Assembly: GCA_963840935.1 (NCBI GenBank)
Contig: CAWJAS010000001.1
Coordinates: 645,834-704,789, forward strand
DNA length: 58,956 nt
Source of the DNA: Candidatus Magasanikiibacteriota bacterium
GTDB taxonomy: Bacteria; Patescibacteriota; Patescibacteriia; Magasanikbacterales; GWA2-37-8
Direction of reading: 5' to 3'
The translations under genes and the position numbers were made by a program. The notes under the pieces were generated by a model. The model worked only from the letters and a program-made list of their open reading frames with translations. It made no database searches and was not told where the DNA came from. Shown in pieces: positions 9,320-17,514 of the stretch; the stretch's first letter is position 1, and every line of letters begins with the position of its first letter.

Positions 9320-10045
9320 ATGCAATTTACAAAAACAAATATGGACGGATATCTTTCTTGGGATGAAAAAATAATTAATGATTTTTCGGACGTAAATACA
9401 AGCGCCATGTATGAGCGCGGATTTGTTTTTACTCGAATTAAGCGTGGCGCGATGACACAAACCAGAAGTGTTAGAATTGATTTGAATAAATTTGAATTAT
9501 CAAGTGAAAACCGCCGGGTGCTTCGCAAAACCGAAAACATTGAATTGAATATTACGGCACTTCCCCACCCTAGTTATGACTGGCGTATCGCTAAAATGGG
9601 ATTTGATTTTTATACAAAAAAATTCGGCAAAGGCACGTTTTCGGCAAATAAAATTAAAGAACTTTTAACGAGCGCTGAAAGCAATTTTAATGTTTTGTTG
9701 GAATATAAACTAATTGAAAACGAGATTGCTTCGTCGCCCCGACATAAAGTCGGGACTCCTCGCAATGACAATGGCCAAGCGGTTGGATACGCGATTTGTT
9801 TTGATAATAAGGATTGGTTACATTATGGATATCCATTTTATGATTTGGAATCAAATATCCCAAATCTTGGCATTGGCATGATGACCAAGGCGATTGTTTG
9901 GGCAAAAGAACAAGGCAAAAAATTTATATATTTGGGTAGCGCAAAAAATTCTACCGCGTTTTACAAAACTCAGTTCAACGGATTTGAATGGTTTGACGGA
10001 AATGAATGGCAAACAAACGTTGAGGAATTAAAAAAAATTATATGA
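9320..10045 (+). CDS. Arginyl/leucyl-tRNA--protein transferase (Ate/Bpt) family protein
   Basis: YERGFVFTR...RSVRIDLNKFELSSENRRVLRK together with AVGYAICFD...YPFYDLE...LGIGMM...IYLGSAKNSTAFYKTQFNGFEWFDGNEW fit the ATE_N/ATE_C pattern recalled from memory. The track start at 9272 lies inside the upstream repeat; the ATG at 9320 (MQFTKTNMDG) is more likely. Confidence 0.55.
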   Translation: MQFTKTNMDGYLSWDEKIINDFSDVNTSAMYERGFVFTRIKRGAMTQTRSVRIDLNKFELSSENRRVLRKTENIELNITALPHPSYDWRIAKMGFDFYTKKFGKGTFSANKIKELLTSAESNFNVLLEYKLIENEIASSPRHKVGTPRNDNGQAVGYAICFDNKDWLHYGYPFYDLESNIPNLGIGMMTKAIVWAKEQGKKFIYLGSAKNSTAFYKTQFNGFEWFDGNEWQTNVEELKKII

Positions 10046-11430
10046 AACACATTCACTTTATCGGCATTTGCGGAGTCGGGATGAGCGCGCTTGCCATACT
10101 CTGGAAAAAGAAAGGCTGGAAAGTAACCGGTTCTGACGCCGGCTTTTATCCTCCAGTTTCCACTCATCTTCTACAAAACGAAATTGATTTTTACGCCGGC
10201 TGGCATCCAGAAAAAATGACCGCAGAGGGCGACCCTGACTTGGTCGTGGTTGGCAATGTGGCCGGGTCGGAAAATCCGGAATGGATTTATGTTCAAGAAA
10301 ATAACATCGAATATGTTTCATATCCGGAATTAATTGCTCGTGAATTGGTCAAGAAAAATTCAATTGTTTGCGCCGGCACTTGGGGCAAAACTTCCACCAC
10401 TGCTCTGCTTGCTTTTGTTTTGAAAAAAGCCGGCTTAAAACCGGCCTACATGTTCGGCGGACTTTCGCTCGGTCTTCCATATGCCGCCGATGATGACGGA
10501 GGAGATTGGAGCGTGCTTGAAGGTGACGAATATAAAACCGGAAAAGATAACCCTGAAGCCAAATTTTTTTCATACAAGCCGACTCATTTGCTTTTGACCG
10601 GACTCGCCTGGGACCATTTTGACATGTATCCAACCGAAGAATCATATTATGAAGCTTTTGATAAACTTCTCTCCAATATGCCGGAAAACGGAATTGTGGT
10701 GGCTTGCGGAGATAACCAAAATATTGAACGAGTAATCGGTTCGGCAAAATGCGAAATTATCAAATATGGATTAAACGAAGGATATGAATATAATTATTCG
10801 GATATTCAAATGAATAAAGATGGTATTCAATTAAAAATTGAATCAAATGGAATTGAATACAATATTTCTTCACCCATGCTTGGAGAATATATGGCAGAAA
10901 ATATTTGCGCTGTTTTTGCCATGGCCAGAGAAATAAATATTCCGGAAAGCACTGTGATTGAAGCTATAAGCGAATTTGGTGGAATTAAAAGACGACTGGA
11001 AAAACGAGGCGCCACGAATACCGGAGCTTTTGTTTTTGACGATATTGCCCATTCTCCAACAAAAGCAATATCAGCACTGGGGGCAATTAAAGAAATTTAT
11101 GAAGGTAAAGTAATCGCCGTATTTGAACCAAACACCGGCAACAGGCAGATATCTTCAGCTCCAAGTTACAACATGGCTTTTGAGAGCGCAGACGAAGTGA
11201 TAATCCCCCGTTTAACAAAAATAAAAATAAACGAACAAACAAAAGGCGAAGTAATGGACGAACAAAAATTAGCGGAAATAATCGGGCAGACGCACAAAAA
11301 TGTAAAAATCATGGAAAATGACGATGAGTTAATTGAATATTTAAAACAAAAAACCACCGCTTCTGACGCGATAGTTTTTTTGGGAAGTCATGGTTTTCGC
11401 GGAATGATTGAAAACTTGATTGCCAAATAA
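10042..11430 (+). CDS. mpl: Mur ligase, MurC/Mpl family (Mpl-like N-terminus)
   Basis: MKHIHFIGICGVGMSALAILWKKKGWKVTGSDAGFYPPVSTHL resembles the Mpl pattern GICG...GSDANVYPPMS. P-loop GTWGKTSTTALL. 462 aa. Confidence 0.6.
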   Translation: MKHIHFIGICGVGMSALAILWKKKGWKVTGSDAGFYPPVSTHLLQNEIDFYAGWHPEKMTAEGDPDLVVVGNVAGSENPEWIYVQENNIEYVSYPELIARELVKKNSIVCAGTWGKTSTTALLAFVLKKAGLKPAYMFGGLSLGLPYAADDDGGDWSVLEGDEYKTGKDNPEAKFFSYKPTHLLLTGLAWDHFDMYPTEESYYEAFDKLLSNMPENGIVVACGDNQNIERVIGSAKCEIIKYGLNEGYEYNYSDIQMNKDGIQLKIESNGIEYNISSPMLGEYMAENICAVFAMAREINIPESTVIEAISEFGGIKRRLEKRGATNTGAFVFDDIAHSPTKAISALGAIKEIYEGKVIAVFEPNTGNRQISSAPSYNMAFESADEVIIPRLTKIKINEQTKGEVMDEQKLAEIIGQTHKNVKIMENDDELIEYLKQKTTASDAIVFLGSHGFRGMIENLIAK

Positions 11431-11431
11431 A

Positions 11432-11593
11432 TTATTTGCCTTCATCTACTATTTCCGCGCTGATATTTTCACCAATTTCTTTAATTTCCAGGGTAATTCC
11501 ACAATGATTACATTCAACAATTGACCCTTCGGCCATGTCTGTGTAGCTCGAAATATCAATCTCATTTTTACACTCAAGACAAACTAAACGCAT
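11432..11593 (-). CDS. Small zinc-ribbon protein, LysW-like (53 aa, below ORF-track cutoff)
   Basis: Reverse-strand ATG at 11593 to TAA at 11434-11432: MRLVCLECKNEIDISSYTDMAEGSIVECNHCGITLEIKEIGENISAEIVDEGK. It has a CxxC...CxxC pattern plus an acidic tail. Confidence 0.45.
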   Translation of the reverse strand: MRLVCLECKNEIDISSYTDMAEGSIVECNHCGITLEIKEIGENISAEIVDEGK

Positions 11594-11656
11594 ATGAATA
11601 TTTAATTATTATTTAATAGATTGCATAATATTCTTTTTTTCATCATTTGTCAAGCT

Positions 11657-12541
11657 ATGGCTAAAACCATCCAAACTGAAGCAAAATCATTAGCGAAAAA
11701 AATAGGTCTCATAAATAAGCTCTATTTTAAACGCGAGGATCTGCATAAATACGGTTCGCATAAAGGACGGTCTATCCCCTTTTTGATAAAAAAATACCAA
11801 CGAGCCGGATGGCGAAATTTTGTTATTTCATCTTCCGGCAACGCATCTATCGCCGCCGCGATTTATATTTCTGAATATAATTTCAATAATAAAACCAAGC
11901 CAACCAGTTTATTAATATTAATCGGCGAAAACATTGACGCGAATAAATTAAAAATTTTAAAAATACTGGCAAAAAATAATCCGGCCATTAAAATCAATAA
12001 GGTCGCCAATCCAAAACAAACCGCTTTTTTAACGGAAAAAAATAAACTGGCAAAAAACTTGCGCCAATCAACCGACGAGTCGGCGGCAATCGCCTATATT
12101 GAATTGGCCAAAGAGTTGGCAAAAATAAAAAATTTGTCAGCCGTATTCGTGCCCACTTCAAGCGGGACGACGGCGCGCGGATTATTCTTGGGTTTCAGAA
12201 AATTAAAAATTAAACCGCAAATTCATATTGCGCAAACGCCTTCATGCCACCCGTTTGTTAATGGCGCAAAAAAATCAAAGACCGCTGTATCACTCGCCAA
12301 GGCAATCGTCGATAATATCGGCCACAGAAAACCGCAAATATTTGAACTGTTAAAAATTACCAAAGGCAGTGGATGGATAATAAGTAATCAAGAAATAAAA
12401 AATGCTATAAAATTATCAAAACAAACTGAGGATTTGGTAATTTCACCAAACAGCGCCCTTTCTGTTGGCGCTTTAATAAAAGCAAAAAAACAAGGCCATA
12501 AATGGAAAGGCCCTGTTGTGTGTTTGATTACCGGACAATAG
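11657..12541 (+). CDS. PLP-dependent enzyme, tryptophan-synthase-beta superfamily (fold type II)
   Basis: YFKREDLHKYGSHKGRSIPF (candidate PLP lysine), SSGNASIAAA and VPTSSGTTARG. The ATG at 11657 (MAKTIQTE) is preferred over the track start at 11621. Confidence 0.55.
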   Translation: MAKTIQTEAKSLAKKIGLINKLYFKREDLHKYGSHKGRSIPFLIKKYQRAGWRNFVISSSGNASIAAAIYISEYNFNNKTKPTSLLILIGENIDANKLKILKILAKNNPAIKINKVANPKQTAFLTEKNKLAKNLRQSTDESAAIAYIELAKELAKIKNLSAVFVPTSSGTTARGLFLGFRKLKIKPQIHIAQTPSCHPFVNGAKKSKTAVSLAKAIVDNIGHRKPQIFELLKITKGSGWIISNQEIKNAIKLSKQTEDLVISPNSALSVGALIKAKKQGHKWKGPVVCLITGQ

Positions 12542-12543
12542 AA

Positions 12544-14587
12544 TTACAAACTCATAATGACAATATCCTTCTTACCGTCGAAATTAATATCGACCGACTG
12601 AACCATGGCATTACCCCCGCCAAAAATTCCCCCGACTGTAAATTCCGATATTTTTTTTCCTTGGGCGTCAAAAATTCTAATCGGCATATTTTTGCCTGTC
12701 ATCGCGGACACAATTATCTCATCTTTACCGTCTCCGGTAAGGTCACCGGTGGCCACATAAATCCCACCTTTATAGGTTTTTGTGTAGGGATAAAATCTTT
12801 TTGTTAATTTTGATACCCTATTATCATAAATTAAAACTTCCGCTGTTTTTCCGATACCCGTGCCAATAATAATATTACCGGCCTGACCCGGGCCATTTAA
12901 TCTTGCAGTCGCAACTGAAAGTCCGCCAAAATATCCTTTCGGATCAAACGGACTATACCCTCCTTGCATGGTAGCGCCGTGATAGTTGTACATTATGATT
13001 TTTCCACCGTCGCTTGGTGTAATAACGATTTGATTTTCTAACTGATTTTCAAAAAGAAGATTGGTGGCAATATTTATCGAACCTTTATAATTTCCTCCGT
13101 ATGGATAGTCGGAAAACCAATTTTCGCCACTGCTATTTGTTATTTCAAATTTTGGTCCGACCGCCACAACGGTTTCTTCTCCCGCTTGGCCATCCAAATC
13201 AGTATACAGAATCCTTGCTCCTCCCGGATATTTTTCATCATAAGCAAAAAATCCGTTTCTAACTCTGTTGCCGAGCATATCCATAAACTGAACAAAAGCG
13301 CCGTTAATAAACAAAACATTTTTAACGACTTCGTATGTTTTTAACATTACCAAACCGTCTTTGGCGGATACTTTAACTTTACTGACGATTCCTCCGTTAT
13401 TAATTGACGGGTCTTGTGAACCGATAATTTTTTCATACTCTCCACCCAAATCAACTTCGCGCGATTCCGCGAGTGAATTTACAACAGCCACGCCATTTGA
13501 AAATTCTCTTCGCCAAACATCTTTAACATAGTTACTCGCGCCGGTTTGCGAAACAGCCTCGCTTGTCGGTTCACCCAAATTAATATTGTATTCATCATAC
13601 CACCAATTTTCGCTATGATGATTTGAGCCGGCGTCATAAGCATAATATCCGTTTTCCATGAGAGCGCTCGTCAAGCCGAATCTCATTTGGCGATAATCTT
13701 TTTGAGCAGAAGCGGTGTTCAATGATGTATTACCAACAATGGCGATGCTTGATTTCTGGCTTGTTTCTACCGACGTACGATAAAGCTTCATTTTTTCTTC
13801 CCATGATAAATACGGTGCAGTGGTAAAATTTTCAAAATATATTCCATTGATATCACCGTAATAACCTTTATCTCCGTTGCCAACAATATAAATCGGCCGA
13901 CCGGCTTTCTCTCTGGTTAAGCGAAATAACTTTGACATACCGGCTCGCCAAGCAATATCCAATTTTGCCTTGTCATCGTTGCGCCCATTTTTGTCCGCAT
14001 CAATCGCCCCTCCGCTTACCCAAGATACATCGTACCAAGAATTGTCATAAAACACCCCATCCCACAAACCGGTGGAAAGCAATTTATCCACCACAAAATC
14101 AGAAAGATAGTCGGTCCAGCGATAATTACTTCCGCTTGGGTAATCGGTCACATTAAGCATCCGATTTGTTCCCCAAAAAATAACAAAACTGTTACTTTGG
14201 TCTTTAAGCCACATGTCATCGGTGATACCCGATAATTGCTGTTTAAAAAGACCGTTCGGAGTCGTATCCCAAATTTTATGCATCTCTACAGGGAATTCTT
14301 GAGAGGCAATGTAAACTAAAATCTTTATATCGGGATTTATCCGTCGAATTCTGCTTGATTTGCTCGGCGCTATTTTGTTGCGCTAGCATATGCAAAATCA
14401 AAACATCAAAACGAGCCAAATTATTTGCTTCATCAGACCAAATAGGCGTCTTCAAATAAAAATTCGCCACGCGCGGATATTTTTGTTCCTGTGCCCCTGC
14501 AAAAGTCGGCGAGAATAATAAAAAAAACAGGCCTGTTAAAGCCAGGCCGACAAAATATTTGCTAATTTGCCTGTCTCTTAACTTCAT
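12544..14587 (-). pseudogene. Secreted glycoside-hydrolase-like TIM-barrel plus FG-GAP/VCBS repeat protein, interrupted by one frameshift near 14340
   Basis: ORF 14276..14587 supplies a signal peptide and YPRVANFYLKTPIWSDEANNLARFDVLILHMLAQQNSAEQIK. The sense continues in another frame as RIRRINPDIKILVYIASQEFPVEMHKIWDT, joining ORF 12544..14283. The C-terminus has GDLTGDGKDEIIV and DINFDGKKDIVI FG-GAP-like repeats. Confidence 0.55.
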
Positions 14588-14643
14588 ACGGCCCTGGTTA
14601 TTTTCTTTATTTTATTATAGCAAATTTATTGGCAAATTGCAAA

Positions 14644-15858
14644 CTATTTTTTTATGAGTTGATTATACATTTTTTTCAGTTGCACGTAATAATCATCCGC
14701 CCGATGATGAGAGCCAATATAATTAAGCGCGTTCAGGCGCAAAGAGAAATCAGATGATTTATCCAAAGCCTCTTTCAAATTATTATCATCAAAATCAAAC
14801 AAAACACCGCCACCGGATGAATCAACCAATTCACTCAAAGCGCCACGATTTGAAGCAACAACCGGCAATCCCTTAGCCATTGATTCAATGGCCGTTAATC
14901 CAAAAGTTTCATAACCGACACTTGGTATAATCACAGCCGTAATATCGCGTGCCATTTCGAATATTTTTTCTTTTGGCATTTGTCCGCGTAAATATATATT
15001 TTTCATTTGGGAACTGTCTATCACATCCTTTATTTCTTCGTATAATGGCCCTTCACCAAAAATTTCCAAATTGCTTTTAATATTATTATTTATCCACCAC
15101 TGAACCAGCTGGTCTATTCCCTTTTCTTTTGATAAACGGCCAATGTAGGCAAAGCCTGGTTTGCTTGGCACCGGATATGGCTCATCAACAATTCCAAAAT
15201 CAGACGGTAAAAAATGCGGTAAAACCCGAATTTTATTTTCCGGCCAACCAAATTCGACAAATTTATCTTTTACAAACTCGCTCGGAGCAATATACAAATC
15301 AATATAATTTTCGTAATACTTTTTGGCGTGATGAATATACGCTTCAAGGGAAGCCCAGGCGCTTTGCGCCAAAGAATTATGAACACAACGATGTTTGGCA
15401 CACTCAATATATTTTTCACCTTTACATCTCTCACACGGCGCGCCTTCAGTAAACAATGAATAATTCGGGCAAATCGCTTTCCAGTCGTGCAAAGTCATAA
15501 CAGTTGGAATGCCAGCCTTTTTCAAGGCGGTCAAAATCGATGGCGACAAATGATGATAAAACAAATGAAGATGAGCAATATCCGGTTTTTCTTTTTTGAT
15601 AAGTGCGGTGATTTTTCTTTTTGCCTCGAATGAATATATTATTCTAAACATGTTTACGAATGACTTCGCGGTTAATTTTCCGAATTCCGCATTGGAAACA
15701 AAAAATTTTTCATATTCACTCGATTGGTTGCGCTTATCACGCATTGAAAAAACACTAACTTCATCGCCGTTTTTTTTCAACAAATCACACAAATCAAAAA
15801 AATGATGGTCGGCTCCGCCACGACGATAAAAAAATTTATTAACTTGAAGTATCTTCAT
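14644..15858 (-). CDS. Glycosyltransferase family 4 (GT-B, group 1)
   Basis: MKILQVNKFFYRRGGADHHFFDL N-terminus and an E-x7-E-type C-terminal half (PSVGYETFGLTAIESMAKGLPVVAS). Confidence 0.75.
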   Translation of the reverse strand: MKILQVNKFFYRRGGADHHFFDLCDLLKKNGDEVSVFSMRDKRNQSSEYEKFFVSNAEFGKLTAKSFVNMFRIIYSFEAKRKITALIKKEKPDIAHLHLFYHHLSPSILTALKKAGIPTVMTLHDWKAICPNYSLFTEGAPCERCKGEKYIECAKHRCVHNSLAQSAWASLEAYIHHAKKYYENYIDLYIAPSEFVKDKFVEFGWPENKIRVLPHFLPSDFGIVDEPYPVPSKPGFAYIGRLSKEKGIDQLVQWWINNNIKSNLEIFGEGPLYEEIKDVIDSSQMKNIYLRGQMPKEKIFEMARDITAVIIPSVGYETFGLTAIESMAKGLPVVASNRGALSELVDSSGGGVLFDFDDNNLKEALDKSSDFSLRLNALNYIGSHHRADDYYVQLKKMYNQLIKK

Positions 15859-17344
15859 AAACTATTTTTTTTACTTCGGGTTCACGCCACAAAAACCGCA
15901 AACCGGCCAAGGCCAGCCACCACCAAATGACAAATAAATTAATATCCCAATAAACGGAAATAGAGAATCCCACGATAAATAAAAGAGCAATACTTGTAAA
16001 TGAAAAAAGTTGGCGAGACTCGGCGATATTTTCACCCAATAAATCTTCACGTGATTTCAAAAAACGATAAAGGAGATAAATAAACCACTCGACTATGGCG
16101 ATTAAACCGATGATACCCAGTTGATATAAAATTCCAAGGTAATCGTTATGAATTTCGCGCAAAGCAACGTGGAACGGCCAGTTATCGTCCAATCCGGATA
16201 TTTCATAACCGAGTCCAAGACCAAAAAACGGATGCGTAAGCCAAGAGGTATAACCGACTTTCCAAACAGATAAGCGCCAGCGGAAACTAGAATCATCTCC
16301 GCTCACAATATTACTGACACTTGTTCTTTCTTGCAAAACCGTTGAGGTCTGATTGATTGTTTCTCCGGCTGAATCACCATGCAAAATCTTTCCTCCAAAT
16401 GAGTAGAGCGAAATTAGAGCAAAAGAAAATACGGCAACAATGGCGATTGCTTTCATAAATCTCAACCGTAAACGAATGCCGGGCAAGAAAATTAACCAAA
16501 AAACAAAAACAAAAATTAAAGCGATCCACAAATGCCTGACTAAAGAAACAATAAAAGCCAAACCGGACAGCGACAAGGCCGAAAAAATTAAAAATGTTTT
16601 CATTTTGCCAAATTTATTTTTTGCTTCCTGAAAGAGATACATTGATAGTAAGATAAAGAAAAATATAGCTAAATAAAAAACATGCGTACCAGCGATTAAT
16701 CTTTCACCGACTGTTGACAGCGGTGTGTATTCACTCCACAAACCTTTGCCGGCAATAAGTCCATAAAATAAAAATATAAAAAGACCGCACCCCCCGACGA
16801 CAAGCCAACTAATAAACTGTTGCCATTTTTCTTTTGAAACCAGCGTGGCGGAGCATATAAAATATAAAATGGCGTAAAGAAAATAATTTTTGTAAGTGCC
16901 AAAAGCAAATGCCATATCAAGGTTTCTTATAAAGGCCGTGGCAAAACCAATGGTGCAAATCGCGCCAAAAACAAGAATAAACCAATCAAGCGGATGGTTT
17001 TTCCATTTTAGATTGCCTTCCAAAAATCTGGCTCCAAGAGATAAAAGCAAAAACAATATACAAAAATCCAAAGGATATATTTTGTAAATATTCGCTCCAA
17101 TTTCCAACGGCAACAGCGTAAAATGCCGTTCAAACCACATAGTGCAAATAAAAATAACGGCTAACCCGGCCGTGGGGCGCATTATTGTGGCCAAAAAAAC
17201 AAGAGTTAAAGCAAAAAAATACAGCAATATTGACTGGCCTAAAAATAAAGTGGCAATAACAAAAACAGACATTGATACGACTGCTAAAATCGTCCAAAAA
17301 ACATCTTGTTGGGCTTCATTTTTTATGGGAAAGAATTTGACCAT
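15839..17344 (-). CDS. O-antigen ligase / Wzy-like polytopic membrane protein
   Basis: About 12 TM segments and a Wzy_C-like motif HNDYLGILYQLGIIGL. The ATG at 17344 (MVKFFPIKNE) is preferred over the track start at 17404. Confidence 0.65.
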   Translation of the reverse strand: MVKFFPIKNEAQQDVFWTILAVVSMSVFVIATLFLGQSILLYFFALTLVFLATIMRPTAGLAVIFICTMWFERHFTLLPLEIGANIYKIYPLDFCILFLLLSLGARFLEGNLKWKNHPLDWFILVFGAICTIGFATAFIRNLDMAFAFGTYKNYFLYAILYFICSATLVSKEKWQQFISWLVVGGCGLFIFLFYGLIAGKGLWSEYTPLSTVGERLIAGTHVFYLAIFFFILLSMYLFQEAKNKFGKMKTFLIFSALSLSGLAFIVSLVRHLWIALIFVFVFWLIFLPGIRLRLRFMKAIAIVAVFSFALISLYSFGGKILHGDSAGETINQTSTVLQERTSVSNIVSGDDSSFRWRLSVWKVGYTSWLTHPFFGLGLGYEISGLDDNWPFHVALREIHNDYLGILYQLGIIGLIAIVEWFIYLLYRFLKSREDLLGENIAESRQLFSFTSIALLFIVGFSISVYWDINLFVIWWWLALAGLRFLWREPEVKKIVYEDTSS

Positions 17345-17392
17345 ATAATAATTATTACACGAATAATTATACAATAAACACGCATAAAATAC

Positions 17393-17417
17393 AAAACCCG
17401 CCAAGAAGGCGGGTTTT
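17393..17417. terminator. Bidirectional hairpin terminator at the left island border
   Basis: aaaacccgcc-aagaa-ggcgggtttt: a GC stem flanked by an A-run and a T-run. Confidence 0.6.
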
Positions 17418-17426
17418 GTATATCAG

Positions 17427-17461
17427 CTGAGATTGTTGCGGAGAGAGTCGCAACCATCTCA
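17427..17461 (-). repeat. Conserved 3'-UTR hairpin motif, copy 1 (CTGAGATTGT...GAGAGA...ACCATCTCA)
   Basis: The same ends, including the same internal mismatch, recur at 25308-25337. Both copies lie between the stop of a GC-rich lipoprotein gene and its terminator. Confidence 0.5.
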
Positions 17462-17514
17462 TGATGATAGCCTGCCTCGGAGAAACCCGAGGCAGGTTGA
17501 TAGGAATGAACGAA

